Assembly (NCBI GenBank): GCA_965205605.1
Contig: CBDBHE010000007.1
Span: 640,001 to 704,000 of the forward strand
DNA: 64,000 bases
DNA from: Spirochaetota bacterium
GTDB taxonomy: Bacteria; Spirochaetota; UBA12135; COTS27; CBDBHE01
Direction of reading: 5' to 3'
The notes below the pieces were generated by a model, which had not been told where the DNA came from, ran no database searches, and saw only the letters and a list, made by a program, of their open reading frames with translations. The position numbers were made by a program, and so were the translations under genes. Shown here piece by piece: positions 31,168 to 40,631 of this stretch (positions are counted from its first letter, which is position 1; each line of letters opens with the position of its first letter).

Positions 31168-32892
31168 CTAAAATTTAATTTCAACGGTAATTTGGAAATA
31201 ATCTTGTAAATTATTATCGGGAAAAATACCTGTTAAACCAAGAATTAATTTATCAACAACACTTAAATGAGCGGTTAAACGATCAATATTAAAAGGTTTA
31301 AAAGAAAATCCCATCGTAATATTGCCCATTTTTAAGACTTCTCGACTTAAAGAAGAATAAATTGCTTCTGGGTAAAATCCTAAATAATAGTCTCCTTTAA
31401 AAGGAAGGAGGGTTTTTTTATTAAGTTTTGCCCTCAATCTTTTAATTGTTTTTTTATTTAGATTTATTGTACTTTCTTTTTTAAAAAAAATTTCTTCTTC
31501 TTGAGACAATTCTTGTTTTGCTTTAATTTTTTTTTCTATAAGGGTTAATGTATTTTTTTTTGATTGTTTCGACTCTTTTTTTGTTTTAATGAGGAGGCGG
31601 TAGTTACTTTTAAGTTGTTTGATGAGGAGGAGATTGTTTTGGTATTGTGTTTGATGAGCTGGTGTCATTTTGTGATATTTTAGTTTTTTTTCTCTTTGAC
31701 CAAGAGATTTGATATCGGCTAAAAGTTGTTTTTTTTCAGAGGTTTGATTGGTTTGTTTAACGAATAAATATTGTTTTTCTTTTCTTTTTTCTAAGAGTTT
31801 TAATTTATTTATTTTTTCTTTTTTTTCAAGATAAATTTGTTTTAGTTCTTGTTTTTGTACAGGGGAAAGAGTTTTATATTTTAAGTTGTAGTTTTCTTTT
31901 GAAGTTTGATGGACTCTTTTTAAGAGTTTTTTTTTTTCTTTTTCATATGAAGGTACTTCTTGAAGGTCGTTTATGGTTTTTGTTAAAGTTTTAATTTCTT
32001 CATAGATGATTTTTTTTTCTTTTTTACTTAAAGAAAAAGGTCTATTTTTGTAATGAATTCCAAAGCTATAAAAAATATCTTGATGTAAATCAAAAAAAGA
32101 GTTTCCTCTGTCAATAATTTCTTGTTGGTTATTATTTTGATAAGAAATAAAATCCCAACCTTGGTGCTTGATTTCTGAATATAGTGAAAGAGTAGGGTTT
32201 AATTTCCAAAGAGATCCTATTCGTGTTATTGAAGGAGTCCACTCGGTTATTTTGCTACCTGAAAAAAGACCCCAATTAAGGTAGTGAGGGGATAAAAAAC
32301 TAAAGCCAACAAAAAAAACAGGAGAAACTTTTATTTTGTAAGAAATTTGAAAAGAAGGAGCGATTGTAAATTCATTGCTTTCAAAAGCAAGCAAGCTACC
32401 AACATTAAACCCAATAGCTGATGATTTAGAAAACGAATAAGAAGAAGATAGTCCAAATTGTTTCATTTCTAAAGAATCGGTATTGTTTGGGTTGTCTTCG
32501 ATGGATTGAAATAATGTTTGATAAACAACAGCTAAGTAAGGGATAGCAGATTGATTAAAAGAAAAAACAGCCGCTAATGAAGAAAGTGAATCAAAATTAA
32601 ATCGATAATCTGAACGAAACCCTTGATATCGAAGGTCTGTTGCAAACTCGTAAAAAAAAAAGTTTTTTTCTAAAGAACCTAGTAATGCAGGACTTTGAAA
32701 AATAAAATCCCGACTTTCAAATGTTGCGGCTATATTGCCACCTAAGGCAGTCGTTTTTGCCCCATTTATGACGTAAGTATAATTGTTTTCTCGATAAGCA
32801 AAACTAAATTGAATACTAAGTAAGAAAAAAATTAATAGATAATAAAACTTATTTTTTTTTGTATAAAACATATGGAATTGCAATAATAGCAA
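31168..32892 (-). CDS. Putative outer-membrane beta-barrel (FadL/PorV-like N-terminus) with Lys-rich coiled-coil insertion
   Basis: Signal peptide, GAKTTALGG...FQSPALLG, amphipathic strands, terminal Phe (VEIKF). Confidence 0.55.
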   Translation of the reverse strand: MLLLQFHMFYTKKNKFYYLLIFFLLSIQFSFAYRENNYTYVINGAKTTALGGNIAATFESRDFIFQSPALLGSLEKNFFFYEFATDLRYQGFRSDYRFNFDSLSSLAAVFSFNQSAIPYLAVVYQTLFQSIEDNPNNTDSLEMKQFGLSSSYSFSKSSAIGFNVGSLLAFESNEFTIAPSFQISYKIKVSPVFFVGFSFLSPHYLNWGLFSGSKITEWTPSITRIGSLWKLNPTLSLYSEIKHQGWDFISYQNNNQQEIIDRGNSFFDLHQDIFYSFGIHYKNRPFSLSKKEKKIIYEEIKTLTKTINDLQEVPSYEKEKKKLLKRVHQTSKENYNLKYKTLSPVQKQELKQIYLEKKEKINKLKLLEKRKEKQYLFVKQTNQTSEKKQLLADIKSLGQREKKLKYHKMTPAHQTQYQNNLLLIKQLKSNYRLLIKTKKESKQSKKNTLTLIEKKIKAKQELSQEEEIFFKKESTINLNKKTIKRLRAKLNKKTLLPFKGDYYLGFYPEAIYSSLSREVLKMGNITMGFSFKPFNIDRLTAHLSVVDKLILGLTGIFPDNNLQDYFQITVEIKF

Positions 32893-33064
32893 TTAAAAAT
32901 AAAACAGGAGTAATAAAAGCTCTTAAAAGATAGCCATTTTCATTAATCGCTGAACCAATGGTTGAAAGTAAAATAAAAGCAAATATATAAATTCCTAGAG
33001 CGATGTAAAAGTATTTTTTTTTTTTTTGACTAATTTCTGAAATGTATCCTTTTTCTTCTTTCAT
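32849..33064 (-). CDS. Small two-TM membrane protein (DUF3098-like)
   Basis: Two hydrophobic helices; GGAG RBS upstream. Confidence 0.6.
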   Translation of the reverse strand: MKEEKGYISEISQKKKKYFYIALGIYIFAFILLSTIGSAINENGYLLRAFITPVLFLIAIIAIPYVLYKKK

Positions 33065-33089
33065 TTTTTTATGATCTCCTTTGTTTTTT

Positions 33090-34673
33090 TTAATGAGTAA
33101 AATGACGTGTTTTAGTAAAAATCATAGCTATTTTAGCTTGATTGCAAGCATCGATGACCTCTTGGTCTCTAATACTTCCTCCCGGTTGAACAATTTTTTT
33201 TATACCTTGCCTTTGAGCACTTAAAATATTATCTGCAAAAGGAAAAAAAGCATCGCTTGCTAAAACACAGTTTGCAAGGATTTTTTGGGTTTTTTCTTTT
33301 GGGTAAAGCCTTTTGATGGTTTCAATTGCTTTTGGCAGAGCGAGACTTTTAACAGAATCAAGTCGATTTGGCTGACCTGTTCCGGCTCCTATAAGCATAT
33401 ATTGATCTTTTTTATATTCCAAACCAATGGCAATCGCATTGCTTTTAAGGTATTTGGCGATTTGATAAGTAAACTGAAATAATTTTTTTTCATTGAAGTT
33501 TATGGTTTCTTTAGTGACACATTTAAATGTTTTAAAAACTTCTTTATTTTTTTCTTGCTTTAATAAAGCTCCTTCTAAAAGTCGATAGTGGGTTGAGTTT
33601 ATAGTTTGATTTTTAGGAATTTTAAAAATTCTAAGATTTTTTTTCTTTTTTAAAAGACTTAAAGCTTCTTGTGAAAAATCAGGAGCGATAATAATTTCAA
33701 TAAACTGATTGGCTAAAAATAAAGCAGTTGCCTTATCAATTGGGCTCACACTTGCGATAATAGATCCAAAGCTTGAAACAGGATCTCCTTCCCAGGCTTT
33801 TTCAAGGGCTTCTAGAGAGCTGTGACCTGTTGCTAAACCACAAGGATTTGAGTGCTTAATAATGGTCATTAAATGAGAATATTCGTTTTTTAAATCTAAA
33901 ATAATTTTTAAAGCAGATTCGACATCGATGTAATTATTATAGGACATTTTTTTACCATGAAGTTGTTTTAAATTACCGATAAGAGATTGTTCTGTATCAA
34001 AATAAAGGAATGCTTTTTGATGAGGATTTTCTCCGTAACGCAATGGTTTTCCTTTAGAAAAATTAAGACAAAGAGAATCTTCGTTTAAAAGATTTTTTTT
34101 AAGATAATGCTCGATTGCCCTATCATAGCAAGCGGTATGACTAAAAGCTTTTACGGCTAACTTTTTTTTAAGCTCTAAAGAAGGCTCTCCTTTTTTTTCA
34201 ATTTGTTTAATTATTTCTTCATAATCATTGATGTCACAAACGACGGCTACATCTAGATAATTTTTAGCAGCCGATCTTATTAAAGTAGGCCCTCCAATAT
34301 CAATGTTTTCAATTGCTTCTTCTAAAGAGGTTTCTTTTTTTTTGGAAATTTCCTTAAAGGGGTATAAGTTGACCACAACAAGGTCAATGAGAGGAATTTG
34401 ATGTTTTTGAATTGTTTTAAGATGCTTTTGTTTGCTTCTTTTGGCTAAGATTCCCCCGTGAATGAAAGGATGAAGGGTTTTGACACGGCCTTCTAAGATT
34501 TCGGGAAACTGAGTTAAATTGGAAATTTCATGAACGGGGATATTTTTTTGAGATAAAAATGCTTTACTACCGCCTGTTGAATAAAGTGTTATGCCATAGG
34601 AAACAAGTTTTTTTGCAAAAGTATCTAGATGACTTTTATCATAAACAGATAAAATAGCGTTTTTAATTTTCAA
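33090..34673 (-). CDS. purH: Bifunctional AICAR transformylase/IMP cyclohydrolase
   Basis: GRVKTLHP, IDIGGP, LRYGENPHQ, KHSNPCG, SDAFFPF, QPGGS. Confidence 0.97.
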   Translation of the reverse strand: MKIKNAILSVYDKSHLDTFAKKLVSYGITLYSTGGSKAFLSQKNIPVHEISNLTQFPEILEGRVKTLHPFIHGGILAKRSKQKHLKTIQKHQIPLIDLVVVNLYPFKEISKKKETSLEEAIENIDIGGPTLIRSAAKNYLDVAVVCDINDYEEIIKQIEKKGEPSLELKKKLAVKAFSHTACYDRAIEHYLKKNLLNEDSLCLNFSKGKPLRYGENPHQKAFLYFDTEQSLIGNLKQLHGKKMSYNNYIDVESALKIILDLKNEYSHLMTIIKHSNPCGLATGHSSLEALEKAWEGDPVSSFGSIIASVSPIDKATALFLANQFIEIIIAPDFSQEALSLLKKKKNLRIFKIPKNQTINSTHYRLLEGALLKQEKNKEVFKTFKCVTKETINFNEKKLFQFTYQIAKYLKSNAIAIGLEYKKDQYMLIGAGTGQPNRLDSVKSLALPKAIETIKRLYPKEKTQKILANCVLASDAFFPFADNILSAQRQGIKKIVQPGGSIRDQEVIDACNQAKIAMIFTKTRHFTH

Positions 34674-34712
34674 TGGTGATAGGATACTTTAGAAAATTTT
34701 CATTTTATTTAC

Positions 34713-34786
34713 TGGGCCCACTAGGACTCGAACCTAGGGCCGGACGATTATGAGTCGTCTGCTCTAACCAACTGAGCTATGGGCCC
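34713..34786 (-). tRNA. tRNA-Ile2 (CAT, lysidine type); no encoded CCA
   Basis: GGGCCCATAGCTCAGTTGGTTAGAGCAGACGACTCATAATCGTC...GGTTCGAGTCC; anticodon arm closely matches known Ile2 tRNAs rather than Met. Confidence 0.88.
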
Positions 34787-34806
34787 TTTAGGAAACATAA
34801 ACCGTC

Positions 34807-34835
34807 ATTATAATATACTAAAAAAACTAGGTCAA
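34807..34835 (-). promoter_or_regulatory. Sigma70 promoter for tRNA-Ile2
   Basis: Minus strand TTGACC-17 bp-TATAAT. Confidence 0.7.
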
Positions 34836-34909
34836 TTAAGGGAAAAAATCAAATTAGTCCTAATTTAAATGAGTAAAAAAAGATAAAGCGTTGTTACTCT
34901 TTTAATTAA

Positions 34910-36446
34910 TTATCGCTTAACGGGATAAATAGGGTAGCCTGCTTCAAAGTTTGTCGAGAGGCCATTGACGTTTTGCCAAATGTCCAAAGCCGTTTTTAAC
35001 TCGGTTAACTTCTCAGGCATGCTACTTGATAAATTAGTACGTTCTCCTATGTCCTTCATTAAATTATAAAGCTCAGTGCTTGTTTTGTTATCGCGTATAA
35101 GCGAAGTAACAATCAATTTATAGTCGCCTCGAATAATGGATTTTTGACCTAGAACTTTTTTCTTGCCACGATGTGGGAAATACCAATGTAAGTCGCGATC
35201 GGGAAGTTTGGCATTGGCATCCTTCATAAGGGGCACTAAGCTAATTCCATCCGTAAAATGGCCTTTTGGGATGTCGGCTTTACCTGAAGCAAGCTCTACT
35301 AATGTCGGATAAATATCTGGCGAGCTCATTAGTTCGGAGGTAATGCCTCCGGCTTTAACCATAGATGGATAGCGAATAATGAAAGGTGCTTTTACGCCTC
35401 CCTCATACAATAGGCCCTTGTGGCCTCTATAAGGTGCTTTATAATCGGGAGGCAGAGGTTTGAGACTTTTATTTTTAAGCCTTTGATCTTTGTACTCTTT
35501 GTAAGCAACCATGGTTCCGCCGTTATCAGAATAAAAAAAGAGGACAGTATTTTTATCGATGCGCATGCGCCTTAGGGCTTTCATAATGCGACCAACGTTG
35601 TAATCCATTCGCATCACCATAGAGGCGTATTTTGGATTGATAATGTTTTTCTTTGCTTTTAGCTTTTTGTAAACTTTTTGATCTGCTACCACAATAGGAG
35701 AATGCACGGTGTAATACGATAAGTACATAAAAAATGGTTTATTACCCTTTTTTTTGTAGGTTTTCATTAAATTAATGGCTTCGTCAGTTAGCCTATCATT
35801 AAGGAATTCACCCCTGGGCCCGTCGGCTAGGTATTTGTTTTTATAAGGACTAAAATAGCTTTTAGGATGACCTTTAAAGTAGCCAGCAATGTTGGTATCA
35901 AAACCGTGTTCTTCGGGGTAATATTCTTCGGTTTTTCCTAAATGCCACTTGCCGATGAAAGATGTAGCGTAACCAAAGCCTTTCATCGCTTCGGCCACAG
36001 TAATATCCTTTAATGGTAGATTCCACTTAGAGACGTGAAAGCGGTGGCCACTCTTCGCTTTTTTTTTAGAGAGTCTATAGGTGAGGTTTTGTGCTACCCC
36101 GACCACAGCTGGATACTTACCAGTAAGTATGCTAGCTCTCGAGGGTGAACACACAGGGGCCGCTGTGTAAGCACGTGTAAAGTACATGCCTTCTCGAGCT
36201 AGTTTATCTACATGGGGAGTCTTTCTCGCCATAAAGACTTAAATCCATTATACCCATATCGTCAATTAGAATAAATAAAATGTTGGGTTGCTTTTTTATT
36301 TTGTTACGCTCAGCGACAACTTGAGAGTAGTTAACCAATAATAACCCTACGGCACTTAACATAAATATCAACAAAAATGCCCTTACGCCTTTTGATTTAT
36401 ATAGAATTTTTTTTAACTTTAAATTTTTTTTGAAAATCTTATTCAT
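34910..36446 (-). pseudogene. Frameshifted secreted S1 (formylglycine) sulfatase
   Basis: ORF 36204-36446 has the signal peptide and PNILFILIDDMG; ORF 34910-36232 continues KTPHVDKLA...CSPSRASILTG...GKWHLG...SDNGG; frames switch near 36225. Confidence 0.88.
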
Positions 36447-36550
36447 TTTCTAAATATACCTACCTATGCAATTTGTTAATTATTAAAAAATTAACCATAT
36501 TTTTTTCTCTATAAATATTACTATAGAGATTAACTTAAATGCTTTAATTA

Positions 36551-36800
36551 ATGAGAAAAATTAAAAAAAGGCACTTATCATACAAATACAAGTTAGAACT
36601 AATAGAAAAGATAAAAATTAAAATTTAATGATAAATATTTTGATGCCAACCAATTAATAGGAAATAATATTCTACATCGAGCTGACTGTAAAAAAGCTTT
36701 ATAACATTTAATCAGCAATAAAATAAAAGTTGGTCTAATTTACCTTGGTTCCTCTTTTAATAAGAGTCGTATTTGTAATTATTACTTTAGAAGTAAAGGA
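36551..36800 (+). pseudogene. Relic N-terminus of a beta-class N6/N4 DNA methyltransferase (not in ORF track)
   Basis: Frame from 36657: IGNNILHRADCKKAL*HLISNKIKVGLIYLGSSFNKSRICN, matching N.L..GDC...L......VDLIYLDPPFN...YN. Confidence 0.6.
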
Positions 36801-37745
36801 TTATTGGCTGTGGATAAGGAACTCTTCGACATCTAAAGCAGCCATGCAACCTGTTGCAGCAGCTGTAATCGCTTGTTTATATGTTTTATCTTGAACGTCT
36901 CCTGCAGCAAACACCCCTTTTTTATTAGTTTTTGTGCTTCCTGCTTGTGTAGTAATATACTGCTGATCATCTAAAGCAATCTGTTGGCTTAAAAAATGGG
37001 TATTTGGGGTATGTCCAATAGCATAAAATAAACCACTTGCTTTTAAAGTCCATGATTTTTTATTTTGAGTACTTTCAATTTCAAGTTCTTCAAGTTTTTT
37101 TTTTCCATTAAGATTAATGATTTGAGAGTTCCATAAAATTTCTATTTTAGGGTTTTTTAAAGTCCTTTCTTGCATGATTTTCGAAGCACGTAATTGGTCT
37201 CTTCTGTGGATAAGATAGACTTTTTTTCCATATTTTGTTAAATAACCAGCCTCTTCACATGCACTGTCTCCACCACCAATAACAGCTAAGATTTGATTTC
37301 TAAAGATAGGAAGAGCCCCATCACAAATCGCACATGTTGAAATTCCTTTTTGCCAAAATAAGTCTTCGTTTGGAAGATTTAATCGTTTGGCTGTTGCACC
37401 AGTTGCAATAATAAGTGAGTGGGTTAAAAAAATAGTGTTTTTAACAAAAATTTTAAAAGGATAGGTGTTGAGATCAACTCGATCAACGGTCTTTGTAAGA
37501 ATGTCAGCACCTGAATTAAGAGATTGTTGGCGCATTTGCTCCATAAGATCATCACCTGAAATTCCTTTTGGGAAACCGGGATAATTTTCTATTTCTGTGG
37601 TAGTAGTGAGTTGTCCGCCGGCTGCGATGCCGCCAGCTAAGAGTCCTTCAAACATAAGAGGGTTTAATCTTGCTCTTGCTGTGTAAATAGCAGCCGTATG
37701 AGCCGCTGGCCCTGAGCCTATAATAATAACTTTTTGAATAGACAC
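36801..37745 (-). CDS. trxB: Thioredoxin reductase
   Basis: GSGPA, CAICDG, GGGDSA, HRRD, AAGDV. Confidence 0.96.
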   Translation of the reverse strand: MSIQKVIIIGSGPAAHTAAIYTARARLNPLMFEGLLAGGIAAGGQLTTTTEIENYPGFPKGISGDDLMEQMRQQSLNSGADILTKTVDRVDLNTYPFKIFVKNTIFLTHSLIIATGATAKRLNLPNEDLFWQKGISTCAICDGALPIFRNQILAVIGGGDSACEEAGYLTKYGKKVYLIHRRDQLRASKIMQERTLKNPKIEILWNSQIINLNGKKKLEELEIESTQNKKSWTLKASGLFYAIGHTPNTHFLSQQIALDDQQYITTQAGSTKTNKKGVFAAGDVQDKTYKQAITAAATGCMAALDVEEFLIHSQ

Positions 37746-37796
37746 TTATCGTTTATAAGTGATACTTTATTTTTAATAAATGGATTTTAATTTAAT

Positions 37797-38081
37797 TTAA
37801 GATTTTTGTAACAATTCTTGGTTAAATTTTTTAAAGTCGATAGCTTTAGCTGCTAAATGAAGCGATTGCCAAAATTCTTTTGAAAAAAAATTCATTTTTC
37901 CAATTAACATTAATTCTTCGGTGGCAAGAGCGTATTGTTCATTTTTTATAAAAGCATTGACGTTATGAATAGACCCTTTTTTGTCGTTTTGGTTATAATT
38001 AGGAGTCATTTTTTCAATGGACTTTAAGATATGTTTTTTAGAAACTACCCAATTTTCAGGGGTTGGTTTATCTTTAATCAT
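37797..38081 (-). CDS. Small helical hypothetical protein
   Basis: Overlaps the tatA stop; FIKNEQYALATEEL...FWQSLHLAA. Confidence 0.6.
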   Translation of the reverse strand: MIKDKPTPENWVVSKKHILKSIEKMTPNYNQNDKKGSIHNVNAFIKNEQYALATEELMLIGKMNFFSKEFWQSLHLAAKAIDFKKFNQELLQKS

Positions 38082-38265
38082 GATTTTTTTCCTTTTTTTT
38101 AGATGATTTTAATTTTTTTTCTTCACTAGAGTAGTTACTTTTGATACCTTTTTCAAATTCTGTTTTAGCTTGTCCAATTGACTTGGCTAATTTTGGAATG
38201 GCTGAGGCACCAAATAATAAAACCCCGATGGCTAAAATAGTAATAAGTTCTGTTGTACCAATCAT
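38074..38265 (-). CDS. tatA: Twin-arginine translocase TatA
   Basis: GTTEL...LLFG..AIPKLAKSIG...EFEKG. Confidence 0.92.
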   Translation of the reverse strand: MIGTTELITILAIGVLLFGASAIPKLAKSIGQAKTEFEKGIKSNYSSEEKKLKSSKKKEKNHD

Positions 38266-38342
38266 TTTAAACCTTAGTTTGTATTATAGTACCATTATAA
38301 AGAAAAAGTTGAGAAAATAAAACAAAATTTTTAATAAAAAAA

Positions 38343-38633
38343 TTATTTTTGTTCATTCTTTTTTGAATTTTTTTGAATTTTTTTTGGAGATTTTTTCTTT
38401 TTTTTTTTATAAGGAACATTTTTGACCAATTTTTTAGTTTGATCTGTGTTTAAAGATTCTTCAAAATCATCTTGAATTTTATTAATTTGATTTTTAAATT
38501 GTTCGTAAATCCGGGTTAATTTTCCATAAATTTTTCCCAGTTTATAGATGACTTTTGGCAAATCTTCAGGTTTAATAAAAATAAGTGCCATTCCTAAAAT
38601 AATAAGAATTTCAAAAAATCCAAACCCAAACAT
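38343..38633 (-). CDS. tatB: Twin-arginine translocase TatB
   Basis: MFGFGFFEIL...KPEDLPKV; lies between tatC and tatA. Confidence 0.85.
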   Translation of the reverse strand: MFGFGFFEILIILGMALIFIKPEDLPKVIYKLGKIYGKLTRIYEQFKNQINKIQDDFEESLNTDQTKKLVKNVPYKKKKKKSPKKIQKNSKKNEQK

Positions 38634-39403
38634 TATTTTGACCCAAAGTTAAATATTTTTGCAATTAAAATTGTCAGGTAAAATAAAAATATCAAAGGTA
38701 AAGCAAAGCCTAATTGTGAAACAGGATCAGGAGGGGTAATTAGTGCTGAAAGTATGAAAATGCCAATAATAATGTAACGACTAGATTTTAATAAAGCTTG
38801 TCTACTAACTATTTTCATTACCAACATTAGTTCTAAAATAATAGGCATTTGAAAAAGGATAAGAGAAAAGAATAAAAATTGAAAAACATAAAAAATGTTT
38901 TTTTTGTAATTTAAAAAAAGACCTACATTCTTTGGAATAAATCCCCCTTCAGTTAAAAAACCAATGCTATAAGGAATTATTTTAAAAAAACTAATATAAA
39001 AACCAAAAAAAATTAAAAAACTACTGGCAATTAACGAATACAAAATAATTTTCTTTTCATAAGAATGTAAGCCTGGAAAAATAAAACGAATCAATTGAAG
39101 TAAATGAAAAGGCGAAGTGATTAAAAGGCTACTTAATAAAGAAATTTTGATTTTTGTTGTGAATCCTTCAAAAATAGAATAAATATAAAGTTGGTTATTT
39201 TGGTTTGAAATCTTACTGATGCTTTCAAAAGGCTTTGAAAGAAAATCAATAATCCAAGTATAAAAAATAAAACAAAAACAGCTTCCTATGATTAAAGCGA
39301 TTAAAGACATCATAAAACGATAACGCAATTCTTTCACATGATCTAAAAACTCCATTGTTTTTAAAGGCTCTGCTTTATGGGTAGATAGCTTTTTTTTTAG
39401 CAT
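38633..39403 (-). CDS. tatC: Twin-arginine translocase TatC
   Basis: DHVKELRYR, FIFPGL...EKK, FQMP, ITPPDPVSQ. Confidence 0.95.
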   Translation of the reverse strand: MLKKKLSTHKAEPLKTMEFLDHVKELRYRFMMSLIALIIGSCFCFIFYTWIIDFLSKPFESISKISNQNNQLYIYSIFEGFTTKIKISLLSSLLITSPFHLLQLIRFIFPGLHSYEKKIILYSLIASSFLIFFGFYISFFKIIPYSIGFLTEGGFIPKNVGLFLNYKKNIFYVFQFLFFSLILFQMPIILELMLVMKIVSRQALLKSSRYIIIGIFILSALITPPDPVSQLGFALPLIFLFYLTILIAKIFNFGSK

Positions 39404-39410
39404 TTAAAAA

Positions 39411-40631
39411 TTAGGATTGATAAATACCAAGCAAGTATAAAATAGAAGCAATCGAATTATGATTAACGGTTTGTTTGGCTTTTTTTTGAACAATTTCTCT
39501 AGCATTAAAAGCAATCCCAAGACCTGCTTTAGAAAGCATCAATAGATCATTAGCTCCGTCTCCTATGGCAACGGTTTGTTTAAGAGAGATCCCCTCTTTT
39601 TTGGCTAATTGTTCTAAAATTTCACCTTTTTGTTTTGAATCAATAATGTTTCCTAAAACATTTCCGGTGAGTTGGTTGTTTTTGATTTCTAATTCGTTAC
39701 CAAAAGCGTAATCAATTTTTAGTTTTTTTTTTAAAAATTGAGTGAAAAAAGAAAAACCTCCTGAAATAATAGCCGTTTTATACCCCAGATCTTTACAAGC
39801 ATTCAACAGCTTTTCAATGGAAGGCGTTAAAGGTAGTTTTTTACTAATGGCTGTCATTTTAGTAGTTTTGAACCCTCTTAGTAAAGCTACTCTTTGAATC
39901 AATGATTTTTTAAAATTCATTTTTCCCTCCATTGCTTTTTTAGTAATAGCAATAATTTCTTTTTCGACTCCCATTACTTTTGCCATTTCATCGATGACTT
40001 CAGTTGTGATAAGAGTTGAATCCATATCAAAAACGATGAGTCTTTTGTTAATTCGGTAAAGATTTTCTTCAATAAGAGCGATATCTACTTTATGTTGATG
40101 ACTGACTTCAAAAAGGTTGTTTTTAATTTTGATGATTTTTTTTGTAGAAGGAATGTCTGCTGTAATTTCTAAAGAATTAAAAATACCTTTAGAGTTATTA
40201 TTAATTTTATAAATATTAACAAAATATTGCTTGAGTACTTTTGAAAGGTTACTTAAAAAAATAGCCGAAAGGTTTTTTTTTGAAATGCAATGAATCACAA
40301 CTTTAGTTTTATGAATTTTTTCTTTGATGCTTTTTAAATTAACAATTTTAAAATTAAGTAATAACTGGTTGTTTTTGGCTTCAAATAAAAGGTTTTTTAA
40401 AACGAGTTCGTTTTTATTTTTGTTTAGATGAGTTTGAAGAATGATACTAAGAGATAAAAGCCCTTGAGAGGTTGATTGACTGAGGTCTAAGACTTCAAAA
40501 TTGGCATCGGCAATAATTTTCATCAGTCCATGAGTAATCCCAGGATGATCAATCCCACTGACAGTAATTAAGATACATTCTTTTTCTTTCATTTTTTTTT
40601 TCAAATTTAAAAAAAACTTAAGTAAAAACAA
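39411..40631 (-). CDS. serB: Phosphoserine phosphatase with ACT domains
   Basis: ITVSGIDHPGI ACT domain; FDMDSTL, SGGF, GDGANDL. Confidence 0.93.
   Translation of the reverse strand: MFLLKFFLNLKKKMKEKECILITVSGIDHPGITHGLMKIIADANFEVLDLSQSTSQGLLSLSIILQTHLNKNKNELVLKNLLFEAKNNQLLLNFKIVNLKSIKEKIHKTKVVIHCISKKNLSAIFLSNLSKVLKQYFVNIYKINNNSKGIFNSLEITADIPSTKKIIKIKNNLFEVSHQHKVDIALIEENLYRINKRLIVFDMDSTLITTEVIDEMAKVMGVEKEIIAITKKAMEGKMNFKKSLIQRVALLRGFKTTKMTAISKKLPLTPSIEKLLNACKDLGYKTAIISGGFSFFTQFLKKKLKIDYAFGNELEIKNNQLTGNVLGNIIDSKQKGEILEQLAKKEGISLKQTVAIGDGANDLLMLSKAGLGIAFNAREIVQKKAKQTVNHNSIASILYLLGIYQS

Noticed and set aside
34713-34786. tRNA-Met assignment for the CAT anticodon
   Set aside because: No initiator features (GGG/CCC anticodon stem, C1 mismatch), and the sequence resembles Ile2 tRNAs
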